Source of the DNA: Candidatus Campbellbacteria bacterium
GTDB taxonomy: Bacteria; Patescibacteriota; Minisyncoccia; Phycocordibacterales; EsbW-18
Assembly: GCA_016699465.1 (NCBI GenBank)
Contig: CP064977.1
Coordinates: forward strand, 74,096-138,095
Reading direction: 5' to 3'
DNA length: 64,000 bases
Positions 38,543 to 48,546 of this stretch are shown here, one piece after another. The notes beneath the pieces are model-generated. The model saw only the letters and a list, made by a program, of their open reading frames with translations, was not told the DNA's origin and made no database searches. The stretch's first letter is position 1. Each line of letters opens with the position of its first letter. Made by a program: the position numbers and the translations under genes.

Positions 38543-39847
38543 TTATATTTTTGGAAGATACTCGAATGGGTTTAAGTATGCTTCGTACGGTGCAAATGGA
38601 ACTTTGGTGTTCTTACATCCAACACTCCATGAAAATGGCGAAATTTTAACAGCGTTTCTATCGAATACACTAAAGTGTAAATGCGGTCCAGTTGCGTAGC
38701 CGCTTGCTCCTGCGTATCCAATAATCTGGCCAGTTTTTACCGTATCACCAGCAGAGACGCTCATAACTGACATGTGTGCATACAATGTTGAAAGTCCATT
38801 GTCGTGATCAATAAGAACCCATCTTCCGTACGAATAACACCCTGGAACTGCATCCATATTAACGGCGTCGCGGACCGTTCCTGCGGCCGTCGCAAGAAGC
38901 GGTGTTCCTACGGATGCTTTAAAATCGATTCCTCGGTGAGGATTTGGTTGTCCGTCCTTGTATCCATAAGCACCACTTTTTGCAAAGCTTGTCAATCCGA
39001 AGCCTTGTGTGATGACCGGTATCTCTACAGGCCACGCAAGGACACTACTTCCCTTTTGTGGAAGTTTTGAAGGATCTTGTGCGTACTGGAGTTGTGCTTC
39101 GTAATCTTGTAATTCACTTTCAAATTTTTGTGCCGCTAAACGTTTTTCTTCCAAGAGTTTTTGATACTCAGTTTCTTTGTTTTTTGTGGTACTAAGTAGC
39201 TGGTCCTTTTGTTGCTTGTTTACTTCAATAACTTTCTTTTGACCGTCGAGTTTTGATTTGTACGCACTTAACGAGTCGTGCTCTTTTTGCTCGAGTTCTT
39301 TTTTGTCAGATAAATCAGCTTTGAGTGCGCGGAGTTGCTCTAATTCATCGCGTAATGTGATTTGAATTTGCTCAAGTTGGTCAAATTCAGTCCACATGTC
39401 AGTAAGCGAATTTGTACCGAGGATAATTTCAACAAGAGACTCGTTGTCTGATTCCTGCATCGTTTGGAGTGCAGTTCCTATAACGCTATTATTTTTTTGT
39501 ATTTTTTGCTCTTGTTCTTGAATTGCTGAAGCGAGTTGTTCAATAGAATAGCCTGTTTGTTCAATTTTCTTTTGTGTCAGTGTTATATCACTCAATAATT
39601 TCTGTCGTGTAATATTGAGTTGTGCGATTGCGCTTTCAAGTGTTTTCCGTTCACCTCCTACGGTTTGCAACTCTTTTTCATATCGTGCAATATCTTTTTC
39701 AATTTGGTTAATCTGTTCAGTTTTTTCTTGTATTTTACTTTGTAAATCATCAAGAGAGACCGCCGCACGTACTGGAGATACAAAAAATACATACCCTACA
39801 AGAACGAACGTACATACTCCCAGAACTGTGAGAGGTTTGTGCATCAT
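38543..39847 (-). CDS. M23-family metallopeptidase with N-terminal coiled-coil (EnvC/LytM-like)
   Basis: HRGIDF and GPHLHFSV zinc-ligand motifs; long coiled-coil region. Confidence 0.8.
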   Translation of the reverse strand: MMHKPLTVLGVCTFVLVGYVFFVSPVRAAVSLDDLQSKIQEKTEQINQIEKDIARYEKELQTVGGERKTLESAIAQLNITRQKLLSDITLTQKKIEQTGYSIEQLASAIQEQEQKIQKNNSVIGTALQTMQESDNESLVEIILGTNSLTDMWTEFDQLEQIQITLRDELEQLRALKADLSDKKELEQKEHDSLSAYKSKLDGQKKVIEVNKQQKDQLLSTTKNKETEYQKLLEEKRLAAQKFESELQDYEAQLQYAQDPSKLPQKGSSVLAWPVEIPVITQGFGLTSFAKSGAYGYKDGQPNPHRGIDFKASVGTPLLATAAGTVRDAVNMDAVPGCYSYGRWVLIDHDNGLSTLYAHMSVMSVSAGDTVKTGQIIGYAGASGYATGPHLHFSVFDRNAVKISPFSWSVGCKNTKVPFAPYEAYLNPFEYLPKI

Positions 39848-41184
39848 GTAAGACGTGTGAGAGCATTAGTAACACGAGTAAGTGTTTCTTGTTTTCCTAG
39901 GGTTGCAGCAAGTGTAAAAGGGTCAGGTGATTTTTCAACTCCCGAGAGGGCAAATCGAAACGGCCAGAGCACGCTCCCCTTTCCGTTTGCTTCTGCGTAG
40001 GGCCAGACAGCTTCCTTGAGGCCCTCCAGTGTAAAAGAAGTGTCTGGAAGAGATTCTAGTGTGTTGTGAATCCACGTTAAGTGTTGTTGGGTAGTTTCTT
40101 TCGGGTCAGTTTTCCAAAGAAGCTTCGTCGTGTCGTATACCGGCAATGAAAAAAAGTAGCTTACTTCCCCGCTTTCAAAAAGATGTGTTACGTCACCAAA
40201 TGTTTGTATACGATCAATAATGATGGGTTGTATTTTTGCGAGTATATCCAAATTTGTTCCGTGTGGTGCAAAAGCTGCGATGTGCGCAAGCTGTTCCTCA
40301 GAAGTCATTTGGCGGATGTAGTGTCTATTAATCCAGTTTAATTTTTCAACATTGAACACGGCCCCACCTTTCTGTACTTTTGAAATATCAAACGCTTGAA
40401 TCATTTCATCAAGTGTAAAAAATTCTTGGTCGGTACCAGGATTCCATCCCATGAAAACAACGAAGTTTAAAAGTGCTTCAGGAAGGTAGCCGCGACTTCG
40501 GTAGTATGTGAGCGAAACCGTTTCTCCATGCTTGCGCTTTGATAGTTTTGATTTATCTGTTGCTAGAACAAGTGGTAGGTGTGCGTACACAGGTCTCGTG
40601 AGACCGAGAGCTTCTTGAATAAGAATCTGTCGTGGTGTGTTTGAAAGATGTTCTTCGCCGCGAATAACGTGGGTGATGTGCATGTCGCCGTCATCAACAA
40701 CAACCGCAAAGTGGTACACAGGCTCGTCAATACTTCGAGCTATGACAAAATCACCAAGATCCGTAGTATCAACTGACACTGTTCCTCGAATCATATCTTC
40801 AAAGGTAACAATACTCTTTGGATTTTTAAAACGAATTACTTCGTCACGTTGCCCTGGTTCAGTTGGGGTTTCTTTTGAAATATACGCATGACCAGAGTCA
40901 ATAAGTTTTTGCAAGGACGTTTTGTAGAGTTCGGTTCGTTCGGATTGTTTTGCAAACACATCATGATGTAGACCGAGCCATGCGAGATCCTCGATAAGGC
41001 CTGTGGTCCACTCTTCACGACTACGTTCTTTGTCGGTGTCTTCAATGCGTAGCGCGTAGGTGCCACCATGTTTACGTGCAAATAAAAAATTGAAAAGTGC
41101 ACCGCGCACGCCACCAATATGAAGAAATCCTGTTGGTGAAGGTGCAAAGCGAACAACGACGTTTTGTGAGGAATTATTCTTCAT
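39844..41184 (-). CDS. gltX: glutamate--tRNA ligase
   Basis: SPTGFLHIGG (HIGH) and KLSKR (KMSKS) motifs. Confidence 0.9.
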   Translation of the reverse strand: MKNNSSQNVVVRFAPSPTGFLHIGGVRGALFNFLFARKHGGTYALRIEDTDKERSREEWTTGLIEDLAWLGLHHDVFAKQSERTELYKTSLQKLIDSGHAYISKETPTEPGQRDEVIRFKNPKSIVTFEDMIRGTVSVDTTDLGDFVIARSIDEPVYHFAVVVDDGDMHITHVIRGEEHLSNTPRQILIQEALGLTRPVYAHLPLVLATDKSKLSKRKHGETVSLTYYRSRGYLPEALLNFVVFMGWNPGTDQEFFTLDEMIQAFDISKVQKGGAVFNVEKLNWINRHYIRQMTSEEQLAHIAAFAPHGTNLDILAKIQPIIIDRIQTFGDVTHLFESGEVSYFFSLPVYDTTKLLWKTDPKETTQQHLTWIHNTLESLPDTSFTLEGLKEAVWPYAEANGKGSVLWPFRFALSGVEKSPDPFTLAATLGKQETLTRVTNALTRLT

Positions 41185-42328
41185 GTTCGAGGGCTACATC
41201 GAGAACTTCTCGTGCAATTTTTTCAGCAGCGTCCGGCCGTGCAAATGCTGCAGCCTTTTGTGCCATATGCGTCATTTCGTCAGGCGCACTGATAAGTCGA
41301 TCGATTTCTGATACTAACAAATTTGGCGTGAGATTTGCTTGTTCGATAACGATTGCTGAACCTGTACGAGCATAGGCAAAGGCATTTTTTTCTTGATCAT
41401 GACTGACAAGTGTTGGGATAGGAATAAGAATTGATGGCTTACCCCATGCGGCAATTTCAAAAATAGAACCCGATCCAGCCCGAGAAATAACAAGATCAGC
41501 TGCACCTGCAGACATACGCATGGCAACAACGTTAAGAAATGGAAATGCGTGATAGCGTTCCTTGAGAGGGTTTCCTTCAAGAATAAGAGCTGAGGTACCG
41601 CGTGTTATGTCGTACAACTCTTTTCCTGTTTGATGAAGGATTTGATATTTTTCAACGAGTTGTGGTAGTGCTTCAATAAGTGTTTCATTTATAGCCTGAG
41701 CTCCTTGGGAACCGCCCAAAACAAGAATGGTTGGTATACTTTGTTCAAGTTTCAAAAATTCATGTGCGCCAGCACTCGCAACACTTTGTAGCTCATGACG
41801 AATTGGATTTCCCGTGAGTGCAATGCCCGGTTTTTTCTTTCGTTTTGCAGTGATTGACTCAAAGTACTGTGCTGAGTCAGGGTATGAAATGGCAATACGG
41901 TGTGCATACGTTGCCGCCCACGCATTTGCCCGACCTGGTACCGAATCAGATTCGTGAATAACTAATGGAATACGAAAAAGTCGCGCAGCAAATACAACGG
42001 GTACGCTCGGGTATCCACCTTTGCTGAATATGACATCTGGAAATGAAATAAACACTTTAACAACTGCCTTTACCATCCCCCACCCTATTTTGAACACGTC
42101 GAGAACATTTTTAAACGAAGCATATCGTCGCTGTTTTCCTGCAGTGATGTGTTTAAATTCGATATTATTTTCGAGAAGGGCGTCGGGGTCGTAAGCTTCC
42201 GTTGCCATGTAAATAAGTTCAGGTTCAATGAGGTGATCGCGTTTAGCAATCTCGTGAATTTGCTGAGCAACAGCAATCATGGGATAAAAATGTCCACCCG
42301 AACCCCCACCTGTAAGAATAATGCGCAT
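41174..42328 (-). CDS. murG: undecaprenyldiphospho-muramoylpentapeptide beta-N-acetylglucosaminyltransferase
   Basis: MRIILTGGGSGGHFYP N-terminus, GT28 C-terminal domain. Confidence 0.9.
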   Translation of the reverse strand: MRIILTGGGSGGHFYPMIAVAQQIHEIAKRDHLIEPELIYMATEAYDPDALLENNIEFKHITAGKQRRYASFKNVLDVFKIGWGMVKAVVKVFISFPDVIFSKGGYPSVPVVFAARLFRIPLVIHESDSVPGRANAWAATYAHRIAISYPDSAQYFESITAKRKKKPGIALTGNPIRHELQSVASAGAHEFLKLEQSIPTILVLGGSQGAQAINETLIEALPQLVEKYQILHQTGKELYDITRGTSALILEGNPLKERYHAFPFLNVVAMRMSAGAADLVISRAGSGSIFEIAAWGKPSILIPIPTLVSHDQEKNAFAYARTGSAIVIEQANLTPNLLVSEIDRLISAPDEMTHMAQKAAAFARPDAAEKIAREVLDVALEHEE

Positions 42329-42395
42329 ATATATCAAGAATGCCCGTATACCAGAGCAGTACCTTTTAGTATATCAGAAATACCGCGTTCTGTTA

Positions 42396-43508
42396 CTACT
42401 TTTTTGCTGGGGAAGCTTCTTTTGCGTGTTTTGATATCGCAAGGATAATTCCAATTTCGGCAAGTGTCATAAAGAGCGATGTTCCACCTTTGCTGACAAA
42501 CACCAGTGGATCTCCTGTCAGTGGAAATACGCCAAGCATGGATCCGATATTGATGAAAGATTGTGTGACGATTGCGGTTACGAAACCTAATACAATAAGT
42601 CGTGAGAATGTTGTTTCGGCGCGTATGGCAATGCGATAACCAAAATTTAAAAATGCAATGAATAAAGCAATGAGAACAATTCCTCCAATAAATCCCCACT
42701 CTTCAGCAAATACTGCAAACACAGAGTCTCCCATTGGTTCAGGAAGAAAACTAAATTTTTGTACGCTTTGCCCAAAACCTCTTCCGGTGATTTGACCCGA
42801 GCCTATCGCAATAAGTGATTGGTTAATCTGGTATCCGGCGCCGAGTGGATCTTTATCTGGATTAAGAAATGTGTCTACTCGATCTCCAATATATGGAACA
42901 AAAAAAACGATAAGTGTTGCACACACGCTGCCAATTACGACAAGAGAAAGCAGGTGTTTCCACTGTGCTCCTGCAAAAACGAGCATTGAAAAACCAGTAA
43001 CGCCAATAATGATGAGTGTTCCGTAATCAGGTTGAAAGATTAGTGCGCTACCAACAATAGATAGGAAAACAACAAGCGCGAGTGGCCCATACGTGATGGT
43101 GTGTATACGTTTTCGAGCAGCTGCGCACCACGCAGCAAAATAAAGGATAAAGCCAAACTTTAAAAATTCCGCGGGTTGTATTGATATGAAGCCAAGATTT
43201 ATCCAGCGATGTGCCCCTCCGTGCTCTGAGCCGATAAATGGCGCAAACACAAGAAATGTTGAAAAGAAAGTTACTAGAAAAAAATAAAATGCGTACTTAT
43301 TCCAAAATGTGATTGGTATTTTGATCGTAATACATGCTAGAAGTACACCAATACCCAAAGATATAAGCTGGGTAATGATTTGAGATGAAACATCAATACT
43401 TTCCGGTCGTGCAAGAAGTCCTGTTGATGCAGAAATAAAAATAAATATCCCAGCAACAACGAGAACGCTTGTAACAAAAAGAAAAAATGTATCAACGGTA
43501 CGTTGCAT
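42396..43508 (-). CDS. ftsW: SEDS-family peptidoglycan glycosyltransferase FtsW/RodA
   Basis: 10 TM helices; SEDS conserved loop region. Confidence 0.85.
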   Translation of the reverse strand: MQRTVDTFFLFVTSVLVVAGIFIFISASTGLLARPESIDVSSQIITQLISLGIGVLLACITIKIPITFWNKYAFYFFLVTFFSTFLVFAPFIGSEHGGAHRWINLGFISIQPAEFLKFGFILYFAAWCAAARKRIHTITYGPLALVVFLSIVGSALIFQPDYGTLIIIGVTGFSMLVFAGAQWKHLLSLVVIGSVCATLIVFFVPYIGDRVDTFLNPDKDPLGAGYQINQSLIAIGSGQITGRGFGQSVQKFSFLPEPMGDSVFAVFAEEWGFIGGIVLIALFIAFLNFGYRIAIRAETTFSRLIVLGFVTAIVTQSFINIGSMLGVFPLTGDPLVFVSKGGTSLFMTLAEIGIILAISKHAKEASPAKK

Positions 43509-43569
43509 GGTGTTTAGTATAGCACCGACCTCTCTCTATCGTTGTGCATAAAGGAGTATCCCGACGTCT

Positions 43570-44628
43570 TTATCCCAGGAGGGCCAAGAGAACGCCGATG
43601 GTTGCACAGATAATTGAAATGACCCAGTAGCGCATCACTACCTTGTATGGAGGCCACCCAATAGCTTCAAAGTGGTGATGAATGGGGGCAACGAGAAAAA
43701 TTTTCTTTCCACGGAATTTTTTTGATGCCACCTGCATAATGTTTGTTGTGACCGTGACAAATTGTATACAAGCGATAATGGGAAGTAAGAGGACAGTATC
43801 TGTAAGGAACGCAATGATAGTGAGCGCGACCGCGAGAGGCATGAAGCCAACTTCAGTCATATAAAATCGTGCAGGTGGTATGTTAAACCAAAGGAATGCG
43901 AGTAAGCCACCGACAATAACAAATGAGAATGCTGAAAGGTCTATTTGACTATGAAATGCTGCAATAATACCAAGCGCAGAGAATACGGTTGCCAAAACTC
44001 CACCAGATAGTCCATCAATACCATCGATAACGCCGCTGGCGAGCACGGCAAGTAGCACAACGAGGAAGAATGGAATAAACCAGATACCTAGATCAATATG
44101 GCCATAAAATGGAACAAATACTTCTGACATACCTAGTTTTGCGTAAAACCACCATGCAGCAAAAGCTCCGAAAACAAGAATAGGTAGTACGCGATACTGA
44201 AACGGAAGTCCGTCAGGAAAACGTGGTGATGTTGAAACAACAACGAGGTCTTCTATAAAACCAACAATGGAACCAATAAGAAATCCAGCAAGAGGAAGCC
44301 ACGTTTGAGTGCGTGAGAGAAAATCTATTTTTCCCGAAGGGCCTCCACTATCGAGATATGAGAGAAGCCAAAAAATTCCAATAGTTATAAAGACGGAAAG
44401 TACTATAACAAGCCCGCCCATACGAGGTGTTTTTACCTCACGTTCTTTATGAAGCTCATTAAATATAGGGGTTCCTTTGTTGTCACCAAGGCCGTGTGTA
44501 TTCCCTGACCGTTTTTTCCAAATACTTTTTGAGTAGAGGTAGTGAGTAACAATTGGTGTAATGAGTATCCCAATAAAAAATGAGAATGTTGTTGGACCAA
44601 TAATTTTTATAGCATTGAGTATTTCCAT
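43570..44628 (-). CDS. mraY: phospho-N-acetylmuramoyl-pentapeptide transferase
   Basis: MraY family motifs including DDxxD-like and HHHFE. Confidence 0.9.
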   Translation of the reverse strand: MEILNAIKIIGPTTFSFFIGILITPIVTHYLYSKSIWKKRSGNTHGLGDNKGTPIFNELHKEREVKTPRMGGLVIVLSVFITIGIFWLLSYLDSGGPSGKIDFLSRTQTWLPLAGFLIGSIVGFIEDLVVVSTSPRFPDGLPFQYRVLPILVFGAFAAWWFYAKLGMSEVFVPFYGHIDLGIWFIPFFLVVLLAVLASGVIDGIDGLSGGVLATVFSALGIIAAFHSQIDLSAFSFVIVGGLLAFLWFNIPPARFYMTEVGFMPLAVALTIIAFLTDTVLLLPIIACIQFVTVTTNIMQVASKKFRGKKIFLVAPIHHHFEAIGWPPYKVVMRYWVISIICATIGVLLALLG

Positions 44629-44643
44629 AGGTTTGAGTATATC

Positions 44644-45582
44644 CTACTCTTTTTCTTTGTAATATGCTCGGGTTGCGTTCACAAGTTTTTGTACATCAGT
44701 AAAACGTCCTTCTCGACTTGATCCAAGCACGGTAATAATAATAGGGTGTCCAATACCAACATCAAACGAAAGCACAAGATTCCCTCCCGCAGCATCAGTA
44801 AAACCAGTTTTTGAACCAACGGCGTTTGAAATTGAATCAATCATGGTATTTGTGTTCGATACAGGATGTACCTTATCGAGAGATGCAATACTTCCCTCTT
44901 CTGTGCGCGTTGCGTCAAGAATGTCAGGAATAGCAGTTAGTGTGTGTGCAAATAAGAGTGCCACATCGCGTGCTGATCCAAAGTTCGCAGCTCTACCAGT
45001 AGTAGGTGTATCAAGTCCGGTGGCATTCGTGAAAGAAAAAGAAGATAGGCCGACTGTTTTTGAATATTCGTTCATTGCTCCAACAAAGGTTGTTGTGTGG
45101 TGTTGATCGTACACATCAGCAAGCGCTGACGCGCCATCATTTGATGACACTGTAAGAATATAGCGCAAAAGATCTCGTAGTACCCATCGTTCCCCAACAA
45201 AAAGTCCAGAATCGCCGTCAGTAGCCAGTGCCTCTGGTGAAATAGTAATAATTGTTCCAGGGAGAAATTCGTTTTGAGCGACGACCACTGAGAGTAATTT
45301 TGTAATGGATGCTAGTGGGCGTGGTTCGTAGGCGTTCTGTTCAAAGAGCGCAGATTCTGTTTTTGCATCGTATACGTATACCGCGTGTGCTTCGAGATGG
45401 AGTTCATCAAACGCAGATGATACGTACGGTGCGGGTACCGCAGGTGTCGGCGTGCTACTCAGTGTTTTTTTTGAAAATATAACTGTTGCAATAAGAATTG
45501 TGCAACACACAACAATAAGCCCTCCAACAAGAAGTGGGGTTATGCGTACAAAGGAATCATATTGTGAGGTCTCATTACTCAT
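44644..45582 (-). CDS. D-alanyl-D-alanine carboxypeptidase (S11, PBP5-like)
   Basis: SxxK (SITK), SxN (SSND) and KTG motifs; start moved to MSNETS because it overlaps the scpB stop (ATGAGTAA). Confidence 0.8.
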   Translation of the reverse strand: MSNETSQYDSFVRITPLLVGGLIVVCCTILIATVIFSKKTLSSTPTPAVPAPYVSSAFDELHLEAHAVYVYDAKTESALFEQNAYEPRPLASITKLLSVVVAQNEFLPGTIITISPEALATDGDSGLFVGERWVLRDLLRYILTVSSNDGASALADVYDQHHTTTFVGAMNEYSKTVGLSSFSFTNATGLDTPTTGRAANFGSARDVALLFAHTLTAIPDILDATRTEEGSIASLDKVHPVSNTNTMIDSISNAVGSKTGFTDAAGGNLVLSFDVGIGHPIIITVLGSSREGRFTDVQKLVNATRAYYKEKE

Positions 45583-46162
45583 GCGTTTCTTCTTCGTGCG
45601 GAGCACTAAAGGCCTCTAATGTCTCTGTCGCATGGGTAAATTCTGGTAGTTCAGAAACGCTTGTTACACCGAGGTATGAAAGTAATTCGAATGTTGGTTT
45701 GTACAGATAACTGCGTTGATCACTTGGGTTTTCAACACGCTCAATAAGTCCTCGGATGGCCAGCTGTCGTACAATGAATGACGAATTAACTCCACGGATG
45801 TGATCCACACGAGCACGTGTCACGGGACCGTAATACAAAACGATGGCAAGTGTCTCAAGTCCTGCTTTTCCAAGATCTTTTTCGAGCTCGTCTTTAATAA
45901 GTTGTTCAATGCGTGGTGCCATTTCAGGTGCAGTTGCCAACATGAAAGAATCTCCATTTTCCATGAGTCGGACACCGCGTTTTTCACGTGCAAGGTGCTC
46001 GCGGAGTTCTTGCCCTGCAGTTTTTACTTCGTCTTCTGAAATACTGAGTAAACGTGCAATTTCCGAAATGGAAAGAGGCTCGCCTTTAAAGAACAGAAGT
46101 GATTCAAGTTGTGTAGAGTGTTCGTTCATCCCGTTAGAGATTAGAAACGCGGTGCGTTTCAA
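45575..46162 (-). CDS. scpB: segregation and condensation protein B
   Basis: Tandem winged-helix ScpB pattern. Confidence 0.8.
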   Translation of the reverse strand: MKRTAFLISNGMNEHSTQLESLLFFKGEPLSISEIARLLSISEDEVKTAGQELREHLAREKRGVRLMENGDSFMLATAPEMAPRIEQLIKDELEKDLGKAGLETLAIVLYYGPVTRARVDHIRGVNSSFIVRQLAIRGLIERVENPSDQRSYLYKPTFELLSYLGVTSVSELPEFTHATETLEAFSAPHEEETHE

Positions 46163-46252
46163 AAATTATCACACCGTCGTGTGCGTATGAATAATATACC
46201 AATTTTCCTTGAATTTTGTGCACAAACATACGTGAGTAATCTCTAGCGGGAT

Positions 46253-47011
46253 TCATAGGTGTGCGTATGAAGGTGTCGTCACAGTTTCAGTTTCCATTTC
46301 AATATCAGAAAATGTTTGATGCTGACGTACAGCAAGAACTCCTTGCTTTACTAATTCTAACATGGCGAGAAAGCTAACAATGGTATTAACCCGAACCTCT
46401 CGGTCTGTAGCATCGCCACGAACATGTGATTTTCGCACATCGCTAAAACGCATTTTGAGTGCTTGAGTAATACGCTCCGAAAGGTGGCTCATCATTTCTT
46501 CCAAACTCATAATTTTCTCAACGACAACTTTTTTGAGCACTTCTTTTTTAGGAAGACGCGCAATAACGTTATGAAGTGCATCAATGAGTGTTGTGGTGGT
46601 AATTGATGCGTGTGGTGCAAACACCGCCTCTCGATACAGTGACGTTTGTGCTCGAGGAAACAGTATATGTGTACCGAAGCGCAAACCAATTTCTTTTGAA
46701 AGATGTTGTACACGTTGATAGACGCGGAGGCGCTCTTCAAGGTCGTGTATGTCAGCTTGCTCTTCCTGTGTGAGTGTAAATTCTGGCAATAACGATTTTG
46801 ATTTAATGAGTACCAACGTTGAAGCAATGAGAACAAATTGTGCAGCATCTTTAATCGGAAACTGATCTAACTGCTTCACAAACGCCATGTATTCATCAGC
46901 AACATCGGCAAGGGAGATGTCACTAATAAAAACCTTTCTCTTTTCAATAAGAGACAGAAGTAGTTCGAGTGGTCCCTCGAACACTGGTGTTTTTATATGA
47001 AACTCACTCAT
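46253..47011 (-). CDS. scpA: segregation and condensation protein A
   Basis: ScpA/kleisin family similarity over 252 aa. Confidence 0.8.
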   Translation of the reverse strand: MSEFHIKTPVFEGPLELLLSLIEKRKVFISDISLADVADEYMAFVKQLDQFPIKDAAQFVLIASTLVLIKSKSLLPEFTLTQEEQADIHDLEERLRVYQRVQHLSKEIGLRFGTHILFPRAQTSLYREAVFAPHASITTTTLIDALHNVIARLPKKEVLKKVVVEKIMSLEEMMSHLSERITQALKMRFSDVRKSHVRGDATDREVRVNTIVSFLAMLELVKQGVLAVRQHQTFSDIEMETETVTTPSYAHL

Positions 47012-47019
47012 GATGTACC

Positions 47020-48420
47020 CTACTCTTTTTTCTTTAAAACGGACAATCCAAGATCTCTCAAAACAATTGGATCAATTGGTCCCGGAGCATGCATGACGGC
47101 GGTCTTTCCTTTTCCTGTCATAGGAAACGCCTGCACTTCGCGCAGGTAGGATTCACCTGTGGCAATCATGACACCGCGTTCAATACCCAATCCAATACCA
47201 CCGTGTGGAGGAACTCCGTGTGAAAAAGCCTCAAGCATGTGGCCTACACTGTCTTTAATTTGCTCAGGTGTGTACCCCATGATTTTGTACGTTGCCTCAA
47301 GAATTTCTGGTCGGTGTGCACGAATACTTCCCCCTCCTGTTTCAAATCCGTTACAGACGAGGTCATACTGCTGTGTGACAATGTTTTCAATGTTTTCACC
47401 CTTCATGTGTGATTCGAGGTGATCTTCTCGTGGCATTGAAAAAGGGTTGTGGGTAAATGTCCATTTGCCGTCGTCGGTTTTTTCAAAGAATGGAAAGTCA
47501 GTTACCCAGGCGTACGCAAGAATCCCCTTCTCTTTTTCTTCTGGTGTGCGCATATCAAACTTATCTGCACCATACGTTTTCATGGCTTCTGCATAGGTGA
47601 TACGTGGAAATGGTTTTTGTTTGATGGTCTTACCCAAACTTTCCATGACAAAGGTAATCATACCTTCGATGGTATCCATGACTTCGTCACGTGTGACGAA
47701 TGACATTTCAAAGTCGAGTTGTGTGTGTTCATATCCACGGTCGGCACGAAGGTCTTCATCACGCACACATCGTGCAAGTTGAAAATACTTTTCAAAACCA
47801 GAAGTCATTAAGAGTTGCTTGTACTGTTGTGGTGATTGTGGCAATGCATAAAAGTTTCCTGGGGCGTGACGAGATGGTACTAAGAAGTCACGAGAACCTT
47901 CTGGTGTTGATTGTGTGAGGAGTGGTGTTTCGATTTCAACAAATCCCTGCTTAAACAAGTATTCACGACACTTCTGCACAAACTCACTTCGGATGCGAAT
48001 ATTTTTTTGCATGCGGGCAGAGCGGAGGTCTACATATCGGTATGCTAGTCGCGTTTCCTCATTGAGTCCCATGGTGTCTTGTGTCAAATCAAACGGAGGA
48101 GTCGTTGCTTCTGCAAGAACGGTAATTGATTCAGCGACACACTCGAGTGCACCGTTTTGTTCACCTTCATTGACAAGATTATCAGGACGTTTTTTGATGA
48201 GTCCTGTAAGTGTGATAACCCATTCAGACCTAAGAGTGTTTGCGACAGCGAGTGCCTCGGCATTTTTAGGCGTTACAACCACCTGCACCTTCCCGGTCTC
48301 ATCACGAACATCAATAAAAATAAGCTTTCCATGGTCGCGTCGTACGGAAACCCAACCTGCAATCGTAATACTACTGTCAATATGTTTTTCGAGGTCTTGT
48401 ATGTAAATACGGTTTTTCAT
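47020..48420 (-). CDS. aspS: aspartate--tRNA ligase, short form without GAD insertion domain
   Basis: Class-II motifs including FRDEDLRADR and GGIGLGIER-like; 466 aa. Confidence 0.9.
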   Translation of the reverse strand: MKNRIYIQDLEKHIDSSITIAGWVSVRRDHGKLIFIDVRDETGKVQVVVTPKNAEALAVANTLRSEWVITLTGLIKKRPDNLVNEGEQNGALECVAESITVLAEATTPPFDLTQDTMGLNEETRLAYRYVDLRSARMQKNIRIRSEFVQKCREYLFKQGFVEIETPLLTQSTPEGSRDFLVPSRHAPGNFYALPQSPQQYKQLLMTSGFEKYFQLARCVRDEDLRADRGYEHTQLDFEMSFVTRDEVMDTIEGMITFVMESLGKTIKQKPFPRITYAEAMKTYGADKFDMRTPEEKEKGILAYAWVTDFPFFEKTDDGKWTFTHNPFSMPREDHLESHMKGENIENIVTQQYDLVCNGFETGGGSIRAHRPEILEATYKIMGYTPEQIKDSVGHMLEAFSHGVPPHGGIGLGIERGVMIATGESYLREVQAFPMTGKGKTAVMHAPGPIDPIVLRDLGLSVLKKKE

Positions 48421-48512
48421 ATGTGTTCAAGTATATAGGTTTTGTGCCCATTTCCAAAGAGGATAAAGTAACCTAAAAAATGTAAAACCGCCGGACCTTT
48501 CTCAAGGCCGGC
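48277..48512. repeat. 236-bp direct repeat, copy A (aspS 5' end and its upstream terminator)
   Basis: Identical except 1 nt to 52349-52584. Confidence 0.9.
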
Positions 48513-48546
48513 GGTCAGAATCACGGTAGTTCCTCAGTACCGTGAC

